Shown here in pieces: positions 35,215 to 46,700 of a stretch of 50,629 nt of DNA. The stretch is from positions 2,601,186 to 2,651,814 of the forward strand of contig BFEA01000009.1 of the NCBI GenBank assembly GCA_003427395.1. Direction: 5' to 3'. How positions within the stretch are numbered: position 1 is the stretch's first letter; every line of letters starts with the position of its first letter. Both the position numbers and the translations under genes were made by a program. This DNA comes from Chara braunii. Lineage: Eukaryota; Plantae; Charophyceae. The notes under the pieces were generated by a model. It was not told where the DNA came from. It saw only the letters and a list, made by a program, of their open reading frames with translations, and did no database searches.

Positions 35215-36978
35215 CTAGGCATTGTCCCCTGGTGCATGACGCCTTGCTAAGTACTTCTCATACATGGCCTGACCCCTACTCACAGATCGTGGATATGTCC
35301 CTTTCTCTGGGGCAAGAAGGGAAAGACATTCCTCAATGGCAACGGTGTACTTCTTCTTCCCGATCTCGACATCGACCCCTAATGCCTTTAACATATCCTT
35401 GTGTTTTGTAGTCAACTTAGGGACTTTCTGCAATATGTGCTCATGATATTTGGAGGACCTCCGTGTTCGAGACGACCCCACCCCTGTACAACAGAAGAAA
35501 GACAGAACGAAAAATGAGAACCATACAATCGCACAGATGCAACAGTCAAGCAGGACCTTTCCGACCATAGGACCTTGATTTCGCGTGGTCATGTGCACCC
35601 AGGTGCGGTTGTGCTACTGGAAAATAAAACGACTGCAACATTCGAGCTTAACACCCCCGCACTTCGCAAAGGAAAACCACCACAAGTCACAGAAGCCAAA
35701 GACCAGCAATCCTCGAAGTTCGGACTGCGGCGGACTTTTCAATACACCAGCCCCACTCAGACTGACCACATCACGCATTGACAAAGGAGGTTCGGATCCC
35801 AGCGGACTAAAACCGACACTATTCCCGAGAAGGGAAAACCGTCCATCTACTTGGCCACTTTCTTAGCCCCTTGGCCACTTCCTCAACCGGGGCAGATCCT
35901 TCCTTGGATGGAGTGTAAGTTTGTCGACGAACTTTTCGCCGCCCTCGACCAGCAACCCGGCTGAGTGACAGTTAAGCTGACGAGATGTATTAGGAATGGC
36001 TGGTGGCTGTAGTATGGCGGCATCCGGAACTTCCCGTATCGACAGATAGTGTGGACAGTCGTCGTGTGTACAGCGCGGACTATAATTCGACGACATCCGG
36101 ACACGCAGGCAGTGTGGCATTCTTCACGGCTTACCAGTCTGTTTCTCTCTCCGCTCCTTCGATGGGGAATTTAGTGCGGGCAAAGCGAGCATGTCGAGAG
36201 CTTGACCAACGACCCTCGATTTTTTTGGGGACGTGACATGTTGTCGTCCCCCGACCTCGCCTTCCTCTCCGACGACAAGGGTGGTCGGCAGGACCAGAGA
36301 CTTCGGCGGCGACGAAGCGAGGGCAGCTGCCACGGAAGACGTGACGTTGCCAGTGTCGTCGACGTCAGGCGTTGTGAACGGACGGGCAGACACGTTGTGT
36401 TCGTTGAGGATACCGTCGATAACTTCGTCGATGCTTATACGCCGACTTGCTTTAGACGGGCTGATAGCGACGGAAGCCTCGTCAAAGCGGTGTTGCAAGT
36501 CGACAGCAGATGTCAGTGGTCGGACCGCATAATCTTCAGGCTGTGCGGAAAGGCTGCTAACGACCTCTGTCTCCATCTCTATTGCCGTGGCATCGTCGTC
36601 GACATCATCCTTGTGATGCTCTCCATACAGTTGTCCGAACTCGTCAGACGACTCTCTAGATCCTGCATCGTCCTCACTGTGCTCCACTTCGCCTTCTCCA
36701 GCTCCGGCACCCTCCCTTTCTTCAAGCAAATCAAGTAGCTCCGTTTCTCCCGCTTCCTCCCCTTCCTCCTCTTCTTCCCCCTCTTCCTCCCCTTCTTCCT
36801 CCCCTTCTTGCGCTCCCCTCCGTTCCTCTATTTTCTCCCCTACTTGGAAGCAAAAGGGCATACAAAAACCATGTGCCCCAATGTCATCGACATCCGTTCC
36901 CGCCGTCCCCGCAACTTGCGACACGTGGCGCGATGCGGCTACTCCCATGCCCCGACAAACATGTGCGACGACTGACAC
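35215..36978 (-). pseudogene. Decayed upstream coding region of the Ulp1 gene (acidic segment plus unknown domain)
   Basis: ORFs 36124-36978, 35863-36120 and 35215-35598 are in one frame, separated by stops. Probable GT..AG intron at ~35485-35557. Confidence 0.5.
36176..36845 (-). repeat. ~660-bp inverted repeat, left copy (partner 48730-49387)
   Basis: Both copies translate to VGEK.EERRGAQ.GEEEG...SAVDLQHRFDEASVAISPSK.SRRISIDEVIDGIL...SPPKSLVLP. Confidence 0.92.
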
Positions 36979-38189
36979 GCGGGCAGGCAGAAAACCACTT
37001 TACCTTAACGAGGGCACAGCGCACACGATGGCGCAGCTCTCTGACGAGGCACAATTCTTAGATGAGGCGCAGTTCTTCGACGATGGCGAAGCGCTTACGA
37101 TGGCGCGACTATTCGACAAGGGCTGAGCGCAGACCACGGCGGCCACTTGCTAACGCAGAACACAAAGAAGGAATGTCGAAGCGCAGACACGTGGCGCAAC
37201 AGCGGAGCAGCAAAGGCGATGGAGGAGGTCGCCGAAGGAACGTGGCGAGCGAATGCGCTCGTCACGGCTGGAGATGCGAATGCGCTGCACCGGACCCCAC
37301 GTAGCGGAGCCCCAAACTGTCGTCGCACCCCATGGAAAGACCCGCCTGTGTCCCCCCGCGCAGCCTCAGACCCCGCTCGCCAGGCAGGAGATGCGAATGC
37401 CCGTGAACCCCTCCAACCTCCCCTCCCGCGGCCCCCCACCGCCCCCCCCACCAACGGACTGCAAAATACAAGCTGCCCCCCCGCGCTGCCTGAGACCCCC
37501 TCGAGCGGGGCCCGCGAACCCGACGACACGAACGCGAGTGGCCAGGAACAAGGGCTCTATTTTTTAATGACACCCGGGAAGGGCTAGCCCACAGGGTCTT
37601 TTTTGTCATGTCGCGCTCACTAGGTCCCCGTCGGGGAAATTTCGATGCGCAGCCACCGTTCGATGCGGGGATCGAACAGTCGTGCGGTGGCGTACAGACC
37701 CTGCGCGAAATTCCGAAGCGGAAGGCCCGAGGGGGCCTCGAGTCCCGCGCGCCTACAAGTACGAGCGGTGCCTGGGCATTAACGATGCGTTCTGTGTTTT
37801 TGCTAGGGAGATGCTGCTCGACGGAAGCCTCGCACCGCCACTGTCGTCAACAACACCACCCCGCAGAGCCAGAGTGCCATAGCTGGCAAAGAGTAGGGAC
37901 AACCATTCCTCACTGCGCTCGTTTCCTGGCACTGATGCACCCCGCATGCCCTCGCATCTCCCTCCACCTTCGAAGTCGCTGTCCACGTCATATTCGACGT
38001 CGCGTGTCGACACTTCCGGCGCCCACCACTCGACGCACTACGCTCGCAAACACAAAGCACTCCACGCAGCACACTCGCGAACAAAAAGCACAAGCCAAAA
38101 GGTCGACAGAGTGCTGTCTCGATTGACAGCGGGGATCGCGCGAATCTCCACTCGATAGTATCACACGGTGAGTGCGCCCGCAGCCGGGA

Positions 38190-38445
38190 TGTGTGTGTGT
38201 TTGTGTGCTAGTGTGTGTTTGTGCGTGCGCGTGTGTGTCTGTGTGATTGTTTTTGTGTGTGCGTATTCGAGTGCGTATTTTATTGTGTGTGTGGTTGTAT
38301 GACGTGTATGCCACACGCGCGAGGTAGGATCGTGCGCGTGTCAGTGTCTGAGGGGCGCGTGTGTGTGTGGGCGGCGTGTGAGGGTGTGTGTGTATGTGTG
38401 TGTGCGTGTGCCTGTTTGTGCATATTTTTGCGCGTGTGTGTGTGA
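38190..38445. repeat. Degenerate (TG)n/(TGCG)n microsatellite
   Basis: Direct inspection. A similar tract lies at ~39270-39390. Confidence 0.85.
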
Positions 38446-39419
38446 TTGAGCACATTGAACGCGCGGAGATGCACGCGAAGGTGTGTGGTCTGGGATGATT
38501 GACATGTTTTGCACTTCCACTCTGCTTCTGCAGCAATCGGGGTTGAGAGGTGCAAAATACCCAACGATTGCACAGGTTTTAAGGCAGAACGGTATTCCAG
38601 TGTGCTCCTGAGGTGCTCGACTGGCGAATCACGAAAGGTCGTATCGAACACGCGGTGGCCAATCACATAACACAATCACATCTTGAGCACTGACCACACT
38701 CGATATGATCCTTTGTGCTGTCCCAATGTCATATCCGCCGATCTGCCCAATGGATGATCGATCAAAACACGCGGTGGCAATGTTGACACAGCGAACGCAT
38801 CCGTCGACCAATCGCGAAACACGATCAGGTCAATCGTGATCAATCGATTCATCTTGTTTGGCCTGCCGACGTTATCACCGAGTGTGTTTTTTTCTCTTTT
38901 GTGTGTGTGTGAGAGTGTGCGAGCTTCTGCCGCATTCAACCGACCAACAGAGCGAGCTCCGCTCGAACACGTGGTGACAATGTCTAGAACATACACGCGA
39001 TGAACTGACCCATCACGAAACATAAGCCGACCACTCGCGATCGGGTGATTGATGTTGTTTGTTGTCGCAACAATATCGCCCGTCATCCGCCTAACGGATG
39101 ATTAATCAGTGCACGAGGAGACATCATCGGGATCGCAAACGCGTCCATCTGACCAATTGCGAAACGCTAACAGATTACTCGTGATCGGTCGATTGATCGT
39201 GTGTGTTGTCCTGACGTTGTCACGGCGTGTGTGTTTCGATTGTCTCAATGACAACATCAAAACCGCGACAATGTGCGTGTTTGTGTGTGTGTGCGTGTGT
39301 GTGCGAGTATTGTTTTAGCACCGTGACCTGTTATGTGTTCCTGCAGGCGATGTGCGTGTGCGTGCGTCTGTGCGTCTGCGTGTGCGCGTGCTCGATCAAC
39401 CCGTCGACGAGTGAACAGT

Positions 39420-39563
39420 CGATTGGTCAGGAGATCTGCCATGATCAACTGTTTGATCGGGTGCTCTGTTGGCGGTTGCTCGACTGGTTGATCAACCAGC
39501 ACACCAATCGCCAACCGAGCACCCGATCAAACAGTTGATCCTGGCAGATCTCCTCACCAATCG
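39420..39563. repeat. 144-bp near-perfect palindrome (hairpin)
   Basis: 59-nt arms 39420-39478 and 39505-39563 with 4 mismatches, plus a central perfect palindrome CTGGTTGATCAACCAG (39484-39499). Confidence 0.92.
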
Positions 39564-39930
39564 AGTGTTTTGTCGAAGACTGTCAACAAGTTCGATAGAC
39601 TGGTCGCTCGCCGACCAGATCATCAATCTCCAGACGTTGGAACAACGGCATCGAGCGACCGATCTGCGACAAATCCGTTCTTCGCAGAGAATCCACAAGG
39701 CAATTGATCATGTGCTCGCGAAAGGATCGCAAAAGGCAATTGATCATGTGCCCGCGAACGGATCACACAATGTTGTTGCTCATCGAACCTTGTATAACAG
39801 CGAACCATGTTGGGCATGGAACTTGGCTTCACATCAAACCTCGGCGGGCGTCGAACCTCGTCGGACGTCGAACTTTGGCGAACTGATCGCGTAATCAAAC
39901 TGAACTGATCGCGCAATCAAACACGGGAAT

Positions 39931-42900
39931 AAGTTCGCATTCCGGCGAGCTTGTGCACCTGTTCGAACACGTTTCGCAACCCCGCCCCACAACCGCAGCT
40001 AAGGATGTGTAGGAATTCGAAGTCCGTCGGGATCCGAACTTCAAGAAATTGTTGGACGGCGAGTTTGGCAGACAGGTGTGTCTCTCCCACGCAATTTCGC
40101 CAAGGTCGGATCTCGATGAACTTCATGTTCCCGCCTTTCAGAAGACATGTTTGCGGCCCGCCTGCTGGGCTGTGGATCCGAACCTCGCTTGCAACAAAAT
40201 TTGGTGAACTTCGGTTTGGTGAAAATGCGAAGTCCGTTGGGATCCGGACTTCTCCTGCACGGTTCCTCGCACATACGTCAAGTTCGGACCCCGGCGAACT
40301 TCGCTTTTCGCATTGTTTGGGTTCAGAATGCGGACTTGCTGGCCCCTGGGGGATCGCCACAACCTCGGATTCGCACACATTTGAAGTCCGCTGGGATCCG
40401 AACTTCTCGCGAACGGTTCCTCGTTCAATTGCCGAGTTCGCCGAGTTCTGACTGCCCGCAACCACAGCCCGTACTTCTCGTGCACGGTTCCTCGTCCCAT
40501 CATTGACTTCGCCGACAGTGTCTCTGCCACGCGATTTCGCCAAGTTCGGATCCCGGCAAACTTGAGATTTCCTACTTTCGCAATTCATGTTTCCGACCCG
40601 CCTGCTGGGCCATGGATCCGAACCTGCTGTGGACGGTTCCTCGTGCGGTCGTCAAGTTCGGACCCAGGCGTACTTCAATTTTCGGGTGGTGTGGGTTCTG
40701 ACTGTGGAGTTTCTAGCGCCCGGTGGATTGCCACAACTTTGGATTCGTAAAAATGTGAAGTCCGCCGACATCCGAACTTCAGGAAAGTTTGGGACGGTGA
40801 GTTTGAGAGACACCTTTGTCTCTCCCGCGCAGTCTCGCCAAGTTCAGATCACGGCGGACATGAGGTTCCCGCCTCTCGTGGGACATGTTTGCGGCTGGCC
40901 TACTGGCTGGCAGAAGTGAACATCAACGAAGTCGACCACCCGAATTCAGATCTTCGAGCGTGCGCTCCGTCTAATGCCATAGGACACAGATCGCGAAACA
41001 CGACGTGTTTACGAGTGTCTCCGTGCCCGTGTGTCTCGTTTGGTATATGCACGTGGTGTGTAGGGTGAGTAATGGAGGCGACCTTCTCGACACCACGAAT
41101 CATGGAGTCGATGTTCTCGACACCACTAACCATGAGTCCCGAGACGCACATTCGCTTGGCAGAACTGTTTCGTCCTTGCGCGAGATCCGTGCGGTATTTT
41201 AACGGTGTAACTACGATCCACGGAGCGACCGCAGAGGACTTCGACGAGGACCCCTTGATGACCGTCATCCCGTGCATGGGACGACATATTGACGGTTGGT
41301 GCGATGGGAATTGGGCCACGATGGAGAGTCGCTGTCCTTGGGCAAGCCAGTACAAGTTCGCCAACATGTTGGAGTTCGGGAACCTCATGCCGGTGTCTGA
41401 CGCTGTCCTCGGACACAAGTTCTTGAAACTGGGCTGCATTAGTCGCCATTTCAGCCGCCTCGAGTGCCACTACGTCAGGTCGTCGCCACGAACTTGGGGA
41501 GGCCCGCGGAAACAAGAGTTGGTGGACTGCGCTCGCCACTGCTCCTTCCTAGAGCAGTACCCGCTCTGGTGCCCCGAGAATTCTCCACAAGCTGTGTCAT
41601 ACTGTTGTGTGCGATTGACTGTGTCCGGGACTGATTTCGCCAGAGTTCTATGTATCGCTGCTTCGAACATGAGCAGGAAACTCGTCGATGCAGTTATGCT
41701 TGTATCACGGAACGAGGTGGTGATTGAGGGGTCCAAATTCGTGCGGACGCGCGGGCCTGAAAGTATAGATGGGTGGCGCGATTTGGTGATAGTAGGGCGG
41801 GTCCAAAACTTTTCGTTGCATCGTGAGGTCGAGGAGAAAGTGTCCGATATACGGGACTGTATAGGGAATTCCTTAGCACGACAGGGAGTGTTTGTTAGGA
41901 TGAAATACATGTCCGTCTTTTCGGAGAGGGCATCGGTAGACGAACCGCAGGTCCACGTATACGGATCATCAATGAATGCTTTGTATGGCTTCGGTTTCAC
42001 GACGTCGTCCCAGGGGAACCCCGAATGTCGGCACATTTGAACTGGTAGTCAATCCTGGTGTTTAAGGGAAAAGAAGGGAGAGGTATGAGATGCTGTTTTG
42101 CTGCCTATAATATTAGATGTGTAGCATTGGAGGGAGGTGTGAGAGGCAACAGTTGCTAGTAGACGCTACATCGCGCACTCTTCGTGCAAATCCCTGATCG
42201 TCCATCAGTTCAACGACCAACGAAAATCATGTTGGAGGTCTATCTCTGACGCCGTCTCCTTCCATTTCGCGCCCCTGCGAAGTTCGGATCCCGGCGAACT
42301 TCAAGTTTTGGGTTGTGCGTTGATTTGACTTTGGTACTGCTGGCGTCGGGCGGACCGCTAGAACCGCCAGGCACCACCAACACGGTCTTGCTTGAGGCCA
42401 CGGCCTTCGAAAAGGTTATGCGACCAATTCTGCCTGCCGACGTTCGCGATCTGAGACCGCCACCAACCGAACTTCAGAAACACTATCCGTGTTCGGTTGT
42501 CGCCCGACCACCATCGACATGTGCCAAACAGTCGATCATTGTCATTGCGAAATGCCAAAAGCACTCTTAGGGATCCCAGTTGCGAAATGCCAAAAGCACT
42601 CTTAGGGATCCCAGTTGCGAATGAGCGCAGGGTCGCGCGAGCTTCACGTTTCCTGAAACCCGTTAGAGATCCCGGTTTACGGACCCTCTTGTTGCATCTT
42701 GATCTGTTTTGAGCATAGACGGACTCAATGACTACTGCCATCAAAACCACTGGTCAGTTGTGAGACCCCGGGTTCTCCCACAAACACCTTGCTCGGACCC
42801 CGACTTGCATCCAACCTCATACGTGATCAAGTGTTTCTCTCTGTGTGTCTTTCTCACAGCGTCCTAAAGTTCGGATCCCGGCGAACTTCCTGTGACGCCT

Positions 42901-43639
42901 GTCTATTGGACAGACACTGGTCTTCCTGATCCCCCGTGGATTGAGACAACAGCTCCTGTCCGCCCTGCTCCACACGTTTCGTTCTGCCCCACTAGGGACC
43001 CATACAATGTTGTCACGGCTGCTGCGCATATCAGAAGAAGTTCGGATTTCGGCAAACTTATCCTTCTCAACCGGCCTCTCATGTCTGTGTGGCATTCCCA
43101 GGTCGTGGTTGAGTCCACGGACCGTGTGTCATGACGCCGTCTCTGCCTGTCGCATCGTCCTGAAGTTCGGATCCCGGCGAACTTCACTTTTCGGGAGGTG
43201 CGTTGGTTTGTCTTCGGACATGCCCGTCCGGTGGTTCGCACAACCCGCCCGGCGACGGGGAGAGTCTGTCTCCGACTTCTGGTTTTGATCAAATGCAGTT
43301 GCGGAGTATGTTCGCTCGAGCACGGTTCAGGAACGCCGGCTACATGGGCTGGCTGTTTCTCTCTTTCTGTCGCACCATCTTTTAGTCGGGACCCAGGCGG
43401 ACTTGGCGTCCTAGCCTGTCCGGGTTCCGAGTGCTAAGCGGAGGACACTACCCCGTCCAACGCGAGCTTCGAACATGACCTCCCGTTCATTCCCCATGCG
43501 GTCGGCATCTGTGTTTCGGAAATACCGATGTGGTTGTCGCCCGGCCGCATGACGTGTGTCCCTTTTTAAAGATTGATCTCGTTGCAAGTAAGAGGTCATT
43601 AAAGGTCTTCGCGTCCAAAGTTCGCCGGGATCCGAACTT
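39931..43639. repeat. Dispersed 22-bp imperfect palindrome AAGTTCGGATCCCGGCGAACTT in both orientations (main cluster)
   Basis: Copies start at 39931, 40020, 40102, 40230, 40280, 40384, 40542, 40654, 40758, 40840, 42280, 42867, 43038, 43163 and 43618. Outliers at 35716, 35788, 48363 and 48582, with degenerate copies at 33178-33590. Confidence 0.9.
41072..42040 (+). CDS. Hypothetical protein, 322 aa, Cys-rich, no recognised domain
   Basis: Uninterrupted ATG-initiated ORF of normal complexity in a region where the neighbouring ORFs are broken. Confidence 0.5.
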   Translation: MEATFSTPRIMESMFSTPLTMSPETHIRLAELFRPCARSVRYFNGVTTIHGATAEDFDEDPLMTVIPCMGRHIDGWCDGNWATMESRCPWASQYKFANMLEFGNLMPVSDAVLGHKFLKLGCISRHFSRLECHYVRSSPRTWGGPRKQELVDCARHCSFLEQYPLWCPENSPQAVSYCCVRLTVSGTDFARVLCIAASNMSRKLVDAVMLVSRNEVVIEGSKFVRTRGPESIDGWRDLVIVGRVQNFSLHREVEEKVSDIRDCIGNSLARQGVFVRMKYMSVFSERASVDEPQVHVYGSSMNALYGFGFTTSSQGNPECRHI

Positions 43640-43779
43640 CGAGGTCCTGGAACGGTGTCATGTGACCGACGTGTTGGGCGCAATGTTTGCCGCCTGTGTT
43701 TTTTGCCTGCGTTGTATTTTGTCGGCGACTTGACGCTCTCTGGTGGTTCATTTGTTTTCCGTTGTCGTCCGCAAACAAG

Positions 43780-46700
43780 ATGTCTTCGTCGAGGGGCGAG
43801 GGGGAGCCTGCAGCGACTTCCGGGATGGGATCAGGGAAAGATTCCACAAAACATTCATCTACGACATCGAGGTCGTGGTTAGACCACGCAAGGTCGAAAT
43901 GGTTCGTCGACTGGTGCTGTGGTGATGCTTCGAACCCAGTTCAACAGCCGTGTGGTCCTGTGATCTTCGTCGAAGCCAACAAGCGCCGCAGGGTTCTGGG
44001 GGCTGTCTTGTGGTGGGAGAATGCGAAAGACAGTCGTCGATGGTTCTACATGAAAAATGTGTACGGTTCGAAGGGGAACGTCGTCGCCGGTGCCAAGGGG
44101 GCAGTTCTCGACATGTGTCTGTTCGAGGGGTTCGGAGCGGGTGCTGCGAACACCCCGTTTTGCAACGACCTCCGGCAGCAGGGCGGGTTTGTTTTGGGTC
44201 GAGAGTTCTTCGACTTATTGGAGGACAAGGACATCGCCCTCGACGTCCCTTGCGAAGTCGGTCCCGACCTGGAACTGTCAATGCCTTTGCAGCCGTGCGG
44301 CGGTTGTGAGTCGAGCGGGGCAGCGGGGGAGAGGGGGGATCTGGGTTCCGGCGAGGCTACACATGTGCAGCGGGAGGATGCAAGAGGTCAGCTTGACAAC
44401 AGCGAAGATGAGGTGACACCAGCTCCGCCGTTTTCATCGTCGAGGGAAAGAGACCGGTCCGTGCTGTCTATACCTGGGGTCCGGCTACAGACCCCGGTTC
44501 GACAAGAGGTCGCAGCGGATTCTGGAGAAGAGGCAGTCCAATGTGGGTCCGACTTGGAGCCCGCCGAGGGCCATGACGCGGACGACAAGGGCGGTGAGGG
44601 AGCGCAGGGGAGGGGAGATTGTGAAGAGGACTTGGTAGGCTCTTCGAAGCAACAGAAGACCAGGACCCCGAAGACTACGGGAGAGAAACAGAAGGGAAGG
44701 GGGGTGGAGGAGGACCACCCGAGTAGCAAACGTCCGGCTTGAAAACAGAAACAGCCTGCGTCAGGACCTTCCACGACAAGGCCTGCCATCGACGTGGACG
44801 ACGGGTACTTCCTGGAGTACAAAGACAGCGTCAGGACAAGGCGGGAGTTTGAGATTAGCCCGGCTCAGATCGTCGACCTCGGGGAGTGGGAGGATTTTTA
44901 CAACCAGCGGTCGCTGGATTCTGTCCTCGTGGGAACGATAAAAGAAGCAATGCAGTATGCGTTCGAAAATAAGGAGCAGACGTACGAGTTGCCGATCTTC
45001 AAGCTCGCACCACTGGGGCTTCAAAAACCAACTCCCGGGACCAAGGCACAACGTCTGAAGACGGAGGAGTGGAAGGACGAGCTGGCGGGAGAATACTACT
45101 ACTATGCGGTGTGCGGGTAGCATAACGCGGCTGCAGCCCGGTCGCTGCTCGGGAGCGAGGTGGCCAAGAAGTACAATTTCTAGCGGTGGCCGGCGCGAAT
45201 GGTTTACTTTTCGGACGACGACTTCGAAGGGTATTTTCTTGTTAGTTCACAGGACAACAAGAAGGACCTGAAGGCGCCTCCCAGACAGTTGAAACTGTCT
45301 ATGAAAGACATTCGGTGGCAGTGGAAGCATGACGGCTGCCCGAGAGCTGTGATGGGGAACCCTAGCGGGAAACAAGATCAGGTCCGGGCTTGGCGTAAGT
45401 TTTGTACAACGGCACTCCATAAGGCGCCTCACAACAACTTGTGGATTCTCGCGGATCAAAAGGAAGAGGAGACCCTTAAGAAGCAAAATGCTGCCCTGCG
45501 TTCTTATTTCCCTCTCCCAATGGCCGGAAAAAATGTCTGGAAACTGGCCGTGGAATTTTTCGAAAAGTGGGAGACGGGTAGATTGCTGAGCCACGACGGA
45601 GCGAAGTGGATCGTAAAAAAGAAGAAGGTCAAAAACGTCAAGCCTGGGGTCGCCTACATCCACAACGACAAGTTGGGCAGAACTGAGGTGGTGTACAACG
45701 TCCCCGTGGACCCACCAAATAAGAAAGGCAAAAAGGAGAAAGAGGAGGGCGATTGGTTTGTGCAAGTGCCCGACCCGGACGCGCATTGTTGGAAAGCAAT
45801 GGAATCACTCACGGATAATGAGAAGTGTCGCGTTCTTAAGAAGGTGCTTGCTTGTGAGGCCGTTTGGGTCCAGGCCGGCTCCCCGTCATTGCCGAAGTTG
45901 GGGAAGCTCAGCGTGCAGGACATGGTGCAGTTGGTGAAGTGCAACCGCGTGCTGGTCCCGTTGTGGAATTACTACCAATTCAAACACGAGAAGAGGCCGA
46001 ACTGGGATTGGATCCAAAGGTACCCTTTCCTAAAATCGAGGTCTGCAGTGTTCAGGAAGTTTGAAAGTCAGGGATTGGATGACGAGTTGTGGGATAACAA
46101 CAGGAAACACGTTTCCGACTCGGCGTTGTTCAAGGACTGCCCGCCATACATGGGTTGCGACTAGGACAACTCGATTGAGGTGATGGAGAAGTTGGCGGGC
46201 CACAAGAAGTTGTTCGTCGACTGGAGAAACAAGGTTCTCTCCGTGTTGAATGGGAGCAGACTGAAGAGCCGTGAGGTCACCATTGCCGAAGGCATTGTTC
46301 ACATTAAATGGAAAGACACGGGGGACGCGACATCCATCGCGCCGTTCGCTAACGACCCTTTGGAGGCGGACATCAGGGGTGCAGAGCTAAAGGAAGCAGT
46401 GGCTGCCATAAAGAGCCACACGTTCGTCCTCGATCTGTGCGAGCTGGTTGACCTCAAACTGTGGAAGGCCCAAGCATGGGAAACTTTGGATTCCTATCTT
46501 CAGACTTGGTGTCCGTCGCATTGGACTCTCGTTGTTTTCGTGCCGCAGCAGCACAACCTCACGTTTCTCGCCAGCATGCACCATCTTTCTTTCGTCAAGC
46601 TGTTGGAAGGGAAGTGGGTGAGGAGAGTTCAGCAAAAGAAAAGTTTCCCCATTGGGAACAATTTGTACACGGAGGAAGACCGCATGTACATCCTCTTCAA

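Noticed and set aside
42545-42621. Short tandem duplication TTGCGAAATGCCAAAAGCACTCTTAGGGATCCCAG x2
   Set aside because: An ordinary local slippage duplication with no further structure.
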